Source: Macrostomum lignano (taxonomy: Eukaryota). Taken from it: a stretch of 64,000 nucleotides of DNA. Position numbers and translations under genes: made by a program. Under the pieces are notes generated by a model that worked only from the letters and a program-made list of their open reading frames with translations, was not told the DNA's origin and ran no database searches. The DNA is taken from NCBI GenBank assembly GCA_002269645.1, contig NIVC01001915.1, positions 158,065 to 222,064 on the forward strand, written 5' to 3'. Of this stretch, positions 12,992 through 23,641 are shown in pieces (the first letter of the stretch is position 1; each line of letters starts with the position of its first letter).

Positions 12992-13562
12992 TGAGCAGAA
13001 TGAGGCAGCACTGCGTGATTACTGTTGTACGATGGCGGCGGCGGCGGCGGCGGGCCAGAGCCGCTATCGACGTCTCCAACTGCAGTAGAGTACACCACCT
13101 GCTGCTGCTCCTGATGCTGCTCCTGCTGCAGATTCCGGGGCCTGCTAGGCGCCGTGGCACTGCCAGACGGCTCCGGCATCACGTGATGAATCTGCACGGG
13201 CCTGGGGAACTGCATTCGCCTCAGGCCGGGTGTCTGGCCGCTACCGGCCCCGCCGCCGCCGCCGCCGCTCGACCCGCTCTTGAACAGGCCAGCACCGCCG
13301 ATGTCGAGCCCGGAGTCCGAGGTTCTCGACGAGGACACTGACGAGGCTGCGGAATCGAATGACGGCTGCGGTGGCTGCGGAGTTCCCGACAGAGGGTTGG
13401 AGTCGAGCAGCAGCTGGTACAAGTAGCGCTGCTGCTGGTGAGGCTGCTGCTGTTGCCGGCTCCTGCTGCTGTTGCTGTTGCTGTTGAAGCCGCCACCAAA
13501 TTTCTGCATCTGGCGCTCGGCTGCAACCAACTGGAGCGGCCTTTGCTGCTGGGCTGGGGAGA
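10934..13562 (-). CDS. Ajuba/LIMD1/WTIP-family protein (Q/P-rich pre-LIM region + 3 LIM domains); exons 12897-13562, 12639-12755, 11224-11615, 10934-11056; 5' end unresolved
   Basis: Spliced: VF|GACGKCGKEVSSPTDACQAMGSIYHSACFVCSCCGRELT|GQTFY...[44 protein letters not shown]...LRVVSMGKDFHPSCYRCQ|DCGLQLTNDSHRRCYP...LLCYGCR. Phases 1/1/0 are consistent. First in-exon ATG is at 13509; an acceptor at 13563 suggests an earlier exon. Confidence 0.9.
11690..12065. repeat. 16-bp minisatellite (AAACACAAAGACAGGC)n in LIM gene intron
   Basis: Direct reading; ~75 bp from the acceptor at 11616. Confidence 0.93.
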
Positions 13563-15264
13563 CTAGGATTTTGCTGGCAATTAAGGCGGGATAGGAGGCA
13601 GATGCGATAGAGTTATTCTGCTAAAAAGTGCCTCTGACAGATATATTTTTTCCTTCCAGTTAGTCAACTATAAACTACAACAATCTTTGCGAGATTTTGC
13701 AAGGTTTTCAAATTTAAATTTTTAGCTCATAAAGTCATAAAGAATAGCATGAACAAAACTGATGAGTGGGAATTGATTTAAAAAACTTTTTTTAACTTTT
13801 AACTTTTCTAATCAAATAAAATCTAGCACTTTATCTGCAATTAAATAAAACTCTGACTTTGTTTTACTTGCCAGTTTTTCAGAAATACAGCATCAACCAA
13901 AGAAAAATATGTGTGAAGTAAAATACGAATTGTATCATTTTAAAAAATCAATTTCAATTAACAACATAAACTTGAACTTGAAATTTTTAATTTTAAAGAA
14001 TTTAAATTAATGAATAATATGCATATCTAAATTACACTGCTTTCTGGTCTGTTTTATGGTTGCCCAAATATTAGTATTTTGGCAATATTGACAATTTGCA
14101 AATATGTTTTTATCTGAAAAACTATCCGATCAAGTATACGGAGGGTTACATTCTAAAATTACTTTAAAAATTTTTTAAAAATTTCTGACAATATTATAAT
14201 TCGTTGGAAACGGAAAACCCAAAACGATTAGTAAAGCTTTACTTACTGGAGAAAATCTTTGATCTATTTGAGTAGCAATAAAGAAATTCCTGTTTCACTG
14301 ATTCTAACTGTAAATATAATCACACGACGCGCTTTAGTTAAATGAATTAAATGCGCTACGTTCGTTCGGGATCCCAATTTATAGGGACTCGCGCACTACA
14401 GGAGAGAAAATATGAATTTACGGGAAAAACTTCGCTGCATTTAAACATTTTTGCTATCGACTAATTTGCAGCAAAGAAGATTTCGGCGATGTTCTGAAAA
14501 AATAGGGATTCTTGTTGGCTCAATTGATTAAAAAGAATGATGAACTATTAAAATGTAAATAGACATAATTTATGGTCACGATACGTACAAATTATACTGG
14601 TTTCGAATCTGCCCGAAATGCTCATCATTGTTTGCTTTAGGTGCGTTTTATAAACGCAAAGTTTCGCATTTTCGATGGAGCAGAATATTTAACAGCCTCA
14701 AAATTTCATCACAACGAAAGTTTACGAAATTTTTAAGTCTCGCTACTTATTTTCACAGTCTCGAAAATCTATAAACTCGAATTTCAAAAAAATAGTTTCA
14801 AACTCCTAAACGCGCCTGATTTTTAAATTTTGACAATGTGAAATTTCGATCTTATAAAAATTAAAGGTTATTCAGAATTAGTATGACATTTTAGAGTGTT
14901 TTTTAGATCCTATCTTTAATTGATTATCAATCTGCTACATGTGTATGTATCTAATTTTCGTTTCTGCACCCATGGCCAAGCAGAAAAAATGTTTCAATTG
15001 CAAGTATAAGCTAGTTGTAAACTTTCAAAGAAAGACGGTTTGATCACACAAACGCCTCATCAGCTTTTCCGTGTTCCGAGTTGTAGAGAGCCGATATATT
15101 GCTACATTCGGTAGAGATTTTGATGGAAAGAGGGCGATGGCGTGACCGAATATCTGCCACTCGATACCTCGTTCGATACCCTCGTTTCTGTTGTCGAAGT
15201 AGCAAATTAAACTTTCTCAAAGCATTGCGTGTGGCTTAACAGTACGAACTATCAAATGGCAATG

Positions 15265-15735
15265 GGGAGAATTCCCCACCCCCTGGCAATTTTTTTGCTG
15301 CGCCGGAACAGAGCAACGCAGGCACACGAAATTCGAGAACACGGGCCAACTTTTTGCTGCGCACCTTCTCAAACAAGAATCAAGTCGCCAGCCCTCCGGA
15401 CCGTCCAGATATTCGACGATTCTGCCAGAAGGTTGGATTTTTTCCATAACCGCTAATCAGCACTGCGCCTCAGCGCAGCCTTGCCAAGCCTTCAAATTTC
15501 ATCAGCACGCCGATCACATGTCTGCATCAGCTCTGACTTCGTTTGTCACTTGCCTTCACCCAGGCGGAGCTTCTGGACCTTCAACAGGTGGCACCAGGTG
15601 ACTGTGGACAGCCTGATGCGAATTTCTCTAGTTTCGCTAATCAAGCCTCGACTGCCGGACATTCTCTGGTAGTCTCTCAAGCATTACATCATCGCCCCGA
15701 CGCCGTCGGCACCTTCAACAGGTAGTCCTAGGACT
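15265..15735 (+). repeat. Unidentified dispersed repeat, copy A
   Basis: Aligns by eye with reverse-complement copies at ~16010-16505 and ~22262-22700 (shared GCCTTCACCCAGGCGGAGCTTCTGGACCTTCA, TTTCGCTRATCAAGCCTCGAC). Confidence 0.85.
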
Positions 15736-16009
15736 ATGAACAACCTGTTGTGAATTTCTGTGATGTCGCTGACCAAACATAAAAAATAGGCCAATTTTAA
15801 CTCCTGGTCATTCCCAGCTAGACTCTCAAACAGTCTAGCATCACCCGACGTGATGAGGTAAACATGATGGCGTAATTTGTTAATTGAACTGTAAATTAAA
15901 TCGAATTTTCACCAGGAGAAAAAATTACAAAAAGTATCGAATTTTCTGTGAGGACTGAATATCAAGTAAAAGTTATCTAATTGCTAAAAAATCATATTCT
16001 GGGTGTCCA

Positions 16010-16505
16010 TAATCATGTTTTCGTCTGCTTGGAGGTGCCGACAGCGTCAGGGTGATGACGGAATGCTTGAGAGACCAGCTGAGGATGTTCAGCAGTCGAG
16101 GCTTGATCAGCGAAACTAGAGAAATTCGTATCAGGGTGTTCATAGTCACCTGGTGCCACCTGCTGAAGGTCCAGAAGCTCCGCCTGGGTGAAGGCCAGTG
16201 ACCAACGAAGTCAGAGCTGATGCAGACACATGTCAGTGGTCGGTGTGCTGATGAAATTTGAAGGCTTGGCAAGGCCGCACTGAGGTGCTGTGCTGACTGG
16301 CGCACAAGGGTGCACTGAATACACTGGCGCTTATGGGAAAAATCCGACCTTCTGGCAGAATCGTCGAATATCTGGACGGTCCGGAGAGCTGGCAACTTGA
16401 TTCTTGTTTGAGAAGGTGCGCAACAAAAAGTTAGCCCGTTTTCTTGAATTTCGTGTGCCTGCCGTTGCTCTGTTCCGGTGCAGCAAAAAAATTGTCGGGG
16501 GGGGA
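16010..16505 (-). repeat. Unidentified dispersed repeat, copy B (inverted relative to A)
   Basis: Same blocks as copy A on the opposite strand, ~280 bp spacer. Confidence 0.85.
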
Positions 16506-17489
16506 CCTGTTCAGGTCTACGACATATGACCTCTGCAATTTAGCCGAAAACATTTTTAGTATATGGATGTTTTTTCTTATTTTGACTGTAATTTTTATTT
16601 ATATTTATTGACGTACAGAGAGAAGATCTTCCTCGAAAAACCCTTGCTTCGAGTATAGTATAGTCAATGTGCACTATTTAAACTATGTGAAAATGTCACT
16701 TCCTCAAAAAGTCTCAAATAACATAATAACAGCTAGCATAATCACAGTTTTAAAGAATGATCGCCCTCGCCGCATTAAAATAGGTCGATCGAATTGTTGG
16801 TCCCAAATTGAAAATCTCCTTCAAGACAGACAGCATGCAGGCCGCTCATTCTAAATTTTAGTAAACCGTAGGCATGCTTCGTTCTTGCAAAGTCCATTGG
16901 GCTCAAAATTTGTACTTTTAATTCACAGAAATTCTCGGAAAACTTCTGGAGCAAAATTGTCGAATTTTTTAAACTTAACGAACGATGCGCTGCAAGTCCA
17001 ACGAGAAACTTCCGGAAACTTTTTTATCGTTTATTCAAAAGCTTTTGATCGAAAAAATGCTTCAGAAGCTTAGTTGAATTTGTTATAATTACATAGATTT
17101 TGTTCAAAATACGAGTGCATAGGTTAATTTTCAACAGCGAATAACGGCGAGTAAAAATTACAAAAAAACTACAAAAATATAAACATTAATGGTCGCCCGG
17201 AGTAGAAAAGCATTTAATAAATATTAACAAAAATATTAATAACGGAGTTAAAATTGTGTGTGCAACACATCTATGATAATGAGAGATTTATGTCGAAGGT
17301 CAGTGAACTGATCATTGAAAAATTTAATCGCGTGCAAATACAAAATAGTTGGTCAGATGACTCATTTGCTAGTAGTAGGGCGCTTTATGTGTTTTGACAT
17401 CAAGCTCGATTTTGTCTGACCTTAAACTCAGCCAATCAAAAATTAAGGTCATCGTCTTGCAAACATTGGGTCGTAAAATAAATCTCGTA

Positions 17490-17745
17490 TCTCAAGACGA
17501 AAATTTAGTTGTCACTGCTGCTTGTTGCTTGTTGTTTTTTATTATTTTTGCTTCTATTTGTGTTTTGGTTGTTGTTGTTGTTAATGCTGTTGTTGTGTTG
17601 TCGTGTTGTACATCGTTGTTGTTGATGTTGCTGCGGCAGTTGTTTTTGTTGCTTTTTGATGTTGTTACTGTTGTTTTTGTTTTTGTTGTTGTTCTGGCTG
17701 TTTTTGTTCCTACTGTTTGTTGTTATTCTTTCTGTTGTAGATGCT
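17490..17745. repeat. GTT-rich low-complexity tract
   Basis: Degenerate (GTT)n. Confidence 0.85.
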
Positions 17746-18139
17746 AAAGTTACCAAAGCGCTATTATTTAAGCATGGCGGACCCCCAAAAGTTCCTAGCC
17801 CCTATCAGCTCGCATGTTCATATAACTATCTGCGCATCAATAGCAAATACATAATTGTCAATAGCTATTACTGGTCTGCGGGAAACCCATGCAGCTTTGT
17901 CTACAAAATAATCAGAAAAAATATCAAACATTATGGGGTTAAGAATAAAATAATTGTGCAATTGATCTAAGCGTCAGTACCTGCATAACAATTATTACTA
18001 AAATCTAACACAGGGTGCAACAATATTGTACACGGCATAATTCTAATGCGAATAGAACAGTTGCTTTGTCTTTTTGTGACTTTCAACAAGAAATCTGTGC
18101 GAAACACTTAAAGAGTGTCACTTTAGTATCAATTGAGTG

Positions 18140-18355
18140 GGGAGAGAGCCTCCAGCTTTATCCGCAGCCCTAAGCTTCATCCACAGCCTTCAGCTTCATC
18201 CACAGCCTTCAGCTTCACCAACACCCCTCAGCTTCACCAACATCCCTCAGCTTCACCAACACCCCTCAGCTTCACCAACACCCCTAAGCTTCATCCACAG
18301 CCCTCAGCTTCATCCACAGCCCTCAGCTTCATCCGCAGCCCCAGCTGCATCCACC
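18140..18355. repeat. Degenerate ~18-21-bp tandem repeat (CCTCAGCTTCATCCACAGC)n
   Basis: Ends ~10 bp from the GPCR stop codon. Confidence 0.88.
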
Positions 18356-18363
18356 GGCCAATC

Positions 18364-19599
18364 TCAGAACTTGGCCAATTCGTGACTGCCAGCGGCAGGG
18401 GCGGCAGACGTGACAGCGGCAGCTGTTGTCGATCTCTGCTGCTGCTTCTGCCTGCCAGCCGCACTGGACGACATCCCGAAGTCGGCGGGCGCACCGCTTC
18501 GACGACGGCAGCAGACGATGGCTACAATTACTCTGAACAGGTAGCGTTTGAATCTACGCACCTTGAACAGGTAGAAATAGAAATTGATGGACAGGTTGAT
18601 ATAGGCCACCACCATGAAGAGCATGTTGATGCTGGACACGTTGTAGAACAGGCTCGGGTTGGACAGCTCGTAGCCGTAGAATTTCAGAATCGAGAACATT
18701 GGCCAGCTCACCGAGTAGGGCAGGTTCAGCGTCAGGTACTGCAGCGAGAGCATCACCATGGTGATCTTGACGTCCGAATCAACGTTGGACCCGCGCTGCT
18801 CCTGCTGCTGCCGCAGTCGGTTGAGCTGGTAGCCGACGAGAGCGGCGACGTTCCCGGCCAGAATGAGAAACGCTGGCACAGTGTAGTTGATGAAGATCAT
18901 CTGATAGTTGAAGGCCAGGCTGAACTCGATCGGCAGGCGCAAGCTCGGGTAGCAGCCGATCAGTGAGCCGTTCACGAATCGCGACCGAATCTCGAAGGCG
19001 ACGAAGACCTGTGTCCACACCAGAGCGGACACGAAGACGACGCAGCCAACCGTGGCGATGCGGCGCCGGGCGGTGAAGAAGCGGATGAAGCGAACCGGCG
19101 AGAGGAGGCAGGCCGCCCGCTCGAAGGACAGCACGACCATGACGTAGGCGCCGAGGCTCTGGCTGATCATCTGCAGGTAGCGCAGCACTCTGCAGCCCAG
19201 CAAGCTCTGGGTGAACACGTCGAAGCCAGCGAAGCCGAAGTTCCGCAGCGCCGCAGCCGTCCAGTTGAAGATGCAGAGGAGCCAGGAGGACACGAAGTCG
19301 CTCACGGACAGGACCAGAAAGTACAGGCAGGAGGGCGGGAACTTGGAGTAGAACAGAGTGAAGATCGTCGCGGCGGCGAAGTTGTTCACTACGCCGAGCA
19401 GGCCGTTCACGATGAGGATGTAGTCGGTGAACACCTTCAACGCTGTCTGGATTCCGGGAAGCAGCAGGACAGTCCCGAGGGAAGACCCCGGCGAGTCCGT
19501 CGCAGCCTCGGTGCTAACATTGTTGGCGGTGAACCCATCTGAGGGAGCCAGGTGTAGTACAGGTGGCTTCTTGAAACCAGTTTTGAACTTAACCCACAT
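18364..19599 (-). CDS. Intronless class A (rhodopsin-like) GPCR, orphan peptide-receptor type, 411 aa
   Basis: ATG at 19599; seven hydrophobic segments; GVVNN (TM1), LSVSD (TM2), C in ECL1/TM3, SFER at the DRY position, W in TM4, YTVP (TM5), NLP (TM6), NLSINFYFY (NPxxY equivalent). Confidence 0.88.
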   Translation of the reverse strand: MWVKFKTGFKKPPVLHLAPSDGFTANNVSTEAATDSPGSSLGTVLLLPGIQTALKVFTDYILIVNGLLGVVNNFAAATIFTLFYSKFPPSCLYFLVLSVSDFVSSWLLCIFNWTAAALRNFGFAGFDVFTQSLLGCRVLRYLQMISQSLGAYVMVVLSFERAACLLSPVRFIRFFTARRRIATVGCVVFVSALVWTQVFVAFEIRSRFVNGSLIGCYPSLRLPIEFSLAFNYQMIFINYTVPAFLILAGNVAALVGYQLNRLRQQQEQRGSNVDSDVKITMVMLSLQYLTLNLPYSVSWPMFSILKFYGYELSNPSLFYNVSSINMLFMVVAYINLSINFYFYLFKVRRFKRYLFRVIVAIVCCRRRSGAPADFGMSSSAAGRQKQQQRSTTAAAVTSAAPAAGSHELAKF

Positions 19600-20397
19600 G
19601 TGCTAACTATAGGCCGCAATTGCAAGGAAAGTGGTGCTGCGCGAGAGCCATACGCGCTCACCTGACCGGTCTTGATCAGTTCTATTAGAACTCGTGCTAC
19701 AGCCTCTCGTGTTCCTTGGGCTCAAAGTGCCGCAGTGAAAGGTGTGTGTTAAAGGACGAACTTTAAAAGCTTGCGCGCACTTACTCATTTTGTCCTTTTC
19801 CAGCTGCCGGAAGTGCCTTTTTCCTTTCGAATGTCGAGCTTGCAGAAGACTTTGGTTAGTTATTAGTCCGACCAGTTTTTGTGGGTTTGCTTCCTTAGGA
19901 GAGTTGAATCCTCTTATCTTTTATACACGCGCAGATGCGCACAGGTGGGGATGATGAGGCTGAGGAGCTCTCAAAGAGATTCTATTTGGCAGAGATGAGG
20001 TAGAGGGTTGTCTGGGTAGCGAAGGCGGGCGGGGCCCGCGCCACCTACGTGAACTGTTGCGCAGGCAGCGCGAGCGTAACACGCAATTTCGCACAGAACT
20101 GTAACGAATTGAGAACCGGACCGTCATCCTGGGGACTCAAGTCTTAAAAAGGAAGGAACCAACCGCTACATCAAGCACGAAGCGGGTCGCGCAAAGGACA
20201 AAAGTAACGAATATCCCGAAAAGAAAATGCACTTCGTGCTTAGACAATCAATCAGAGGATTAAGCCGAAAATTTCGTGCAGGCCTGCAATCCGGTTTTCT
20301 TACGAATAGGTCTACCCGGATGTGAGGCGGAAACTGCTCCGTCCTAGTAACGTAACCTAAAACATTAGAATTAATTTGGGCATTTCTCATTTTTTTA

Positions 20398-21322
20398 CAC
20401 ACTACTCCACTATTTAGACACTACTCCACTATTTAGACACTACTCCACTATTTAGACACTACTCCACTATTTAGACTCTACTCCACTATTTAGACTCTAC
20501 TCCACTATTTAGACACTACTCCACTATTTAGACACTACTCCACTATTTAGACACTACTCCACTATTTAGACACTACTCCACTATTTAGACACTACTCCAC
20601 TATTTAGACACTACTCCACTATTTAGACACTACTCCACTATTTAGACTCTACTCCACTATTTAGACACTACTCCACTATTTAGACACTACTCCACTATTT
20701 AGACTCTACTCCACTATTTAGACACTACTCCACTATTTAGACACTACTCCACTATTTAGACACTACTCCACTATTTAGACACTACTCCACTATTTAGACA
20801 CTACTCCACTATTTAGACACTACTCCACTATTTAGACTCTACTCCACTATTTAGACACTACTCCACTATTTAGACACTACTCCACTATTTAGACTCTACT
20901 GCACTATTTAGACACTACTCCACTATTTAGACTCTACTCCACTATTTAGACACTACTCCACTATTTAGACACTACTCCACTATTTAGACTCTACTCCACT
21001 ATTTAGACACTACTCCACTATTTAGACTCTACTCCACTATTTAGACTCTACTCCACTATTTAGACACTACTCCACTATTTAGACACTACTCCACTATTTA
21101 GACTCTACTCCACTATTTAGACTCTACTCCACTATTTAGACACTACTCCACTATTTAGACACTACTCCACTATTTAGACACTACTCCACTATTTAGACAC
21201 TACTCCACTATTTAGACACTACTCCACTATTTAGACACTACTCCACTATTTAGACACTACTCCACTATTTAGACACTACTCCACTACATGTATTTAGACA
21301 CTACTCCACTATTTAGACACTA
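20398..21322. repeat. 19-bp minisatellite (CACTACTCCACTATTTAGA)n
   Basis: ~48 near-perfect units. Confidence 0.97.
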
Positions 21323-22261
21323 CCAATCATCTTCAATACTTTCACTTTCACGTTGTCTATAGCCAAAGTTGGAGCTCCACTGGGTTGCCATGGACTTCTT
21401 TATTATAGCATCTGGACCGGAAGATTAAGATGCAGTTCCGCTGGCATCCGCCTGAGAGGTTTTGCATCATGGAAAATGGAGCATAAAGCACAGAGCAGAA
21501 GAGGAAGCACAGCTTTGGAAGTACGTGGGACGAACTTTGCTAGTTTCCAGCAGTTGAAATCAATCATTGATTGCAGGAAAATGTGACAAAAATCGCCTGG
21601 ATGGGATTCACTAACGCAATTTTTTGGACCAGAAATTCTGCCTTCAAGAGCTACTTTGCTAAGCTTTCTCTCGACTACTTCAGGTAATTCCCAAAGACAC
21701 CACTTACAGCCAAGCATGTTCTCCCTCCCCAGGGTGAGATGAAATTTCGGGATGCAATTAATTGTTTGCGTCATCGAAGCTGAGCAGCTGCAGAAGCAGA
21801 AAATTGGTCCCCAAAAAATTTCTGCAGCATTTGACGTCCTCAATTTTAAAAAGATTACAAAAGATTTCTTAAAAATGCTCTCTACGCACCTGCGGCAGAC
21901 GCCACACAGGGACAAAGCCTATTTTGGCAATGATCACCAGTAAAGGATGCTTTTAATTTACACGCGATCGCACCAAAGCACCAGCTTGGTTCGAATTCGT
22001 GCGCAAGCGCATTCATTCATTTGGGGGCTTGTGCCAAACCTCCAAGGCACAGACAGTGTACAAGCCGGACGATTAGAATCGTTTGAGGGTGCATGACGTC
22101 ACACAACAAAGACTATAAAATCCCCCCGCTAGAAGCCCTTTTCTGCTCTAGAAAAAATACACTAAATAGACAGGAACAGCTGAAATTCCACCGGAAACTT
22201 TGCTTGCCCGACGGTCTCCGGTAGCAGCTCGTGTATCACTGGCTGGATAAACTTGTGAGCA

Positions 22262-22700
22262 CGGGGTGATGACGGAATGCTTCACAGACCAGCTGAGGAT
22301 GTCCAGCATTTGAGATTTGCCCACTGTCGAGGCTTGATCAGCGAAATTAGATCGAGAGACTTAAGAAACAGGATGTCTATAGTCCCCTGGTGCCACCTGT
22401 TGAAGGTCCAGAAGCTCCGCCTGGGTGAAGGCCAGTGACAAACGAAGTCAGAGATGATGCAGACACATGTGGTCGGCGTGCTGATGAAATTTGGAGGCTT
22501 GGCAAGGCTGCAATGAGGCGCAGTGCTGATTGGCGCACAGGGGTGTACTGAATACACTGGCGCTTATGGGAAAAATCCGACCTCTTCTAGAAGAATCGTT
22601 GAATATCTCGACAGTTTGCCCCTGTTGTTGAATTTCGTGTGCCTGCGTTGCTACGTTCCGGCGCAGCAAAAAAAAATTTTCAGGGTGAGGGGATTAGGGG
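22262..22700 (-). repeat. Unidentified dispersed repeat, copy C
   Basis: Third, more diverged copy of the 15265/16010 family, with an internal deletion. Confidence 0.8.
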
Positions 22701-23049
22701 GATCCCGCCCTGATACACTGTAGTTGTTCTGCAGTTAATAATCTGTTCAATCTAAAACTACACACTGTAATACCTTTTCCATTTTAGCAAGGATAAATAC
22801 CCGATTAAATTAAAAACGGAGCGGCCATTAAGCCTTTTAATCGATAAGGCAAAATCAGTTTTAAAGTGCAAAATCAATCTATGCTCAACAAAGCAAAACT
22901 GATTATTTTATTTGTAAAACTTAAAACTGACTGCGCACTTTTATTTGGAAGTTAACAATAAATTTGAGTAAAAAAGCAATCTCTAACTGCAACAATTTTG
23001 TCCCATCAACTGCCAGCTACAGGCTTGAATTCTAGGTGTAGCATCCTGG

Positions 23050-23638
23050 AATAAAGCCTGAAGGTGCAGGGAATTAGATGGGGAATCAGCCTGAAGGTTC
23101 AGGGGGTGGATGGGGAATCGGCCTGAAGGTGCAGGGGATAAAATGGGGAATCAGCCTGAAAGTTCAGGGGGTGGATGGGGAATCGGCATGAAGGTTCAGG
23201 GGGTGGATGGGGAATCGGCATGAAGGTTCAGGGGGTGGATGGGGAATCGGCATGAAGGTGCAGGGGATAAAATGGGGAATCAGCCTGAAGGTTCAGAGGA
23301 TTAGATGGTAAATCAGCCTGAAGGTTCAGGGGGTGGATGGGAAATCAGCCTGAAGGTTCAGGGGGTGGATGGGAAATCAGCCTGAAGGTTCAGGGGGTGG
23401 ATGGGAAATCAGCCTGAAGGTTCAGGGGGTGGATGGGAAATCAGCCTGAAGGTTCAGGGGGTGGATGGGAAATCAGCCTGAAGGTTCAGGGGGTGGATGG
23501 GGAATCAGCCTGAAGGTTCAGGGGGTGGATGGGGAATCGGCCTGAAGATGCAGGGGATTAGATGGGGAATCAGCCTGAAGGTTCAGGGGGTGGATGGGAA
23601 ATCAGCCTGAAGGTTCAGGGGGTGGATGGGAAATCAGT
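23050..23638. repeat. 32-bp minisatellite (GCCTGAAGGTTCAGGGGGTGGATGGGAAATCA)n
   Basis: Ends ~4 bp from the IleRS stop codon. Confidence 0.95.
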
Positions 23639-23641
23639 TGA

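Noticed and set aside
21330-22080. Possible TE or gene remnant (ORFs 21403-21915 -, 21752-21943 +; IPKDTTYSQ motif)
   Set aside because: Multiple stops in the most coding-like frame and no motif I can assign with confidence.
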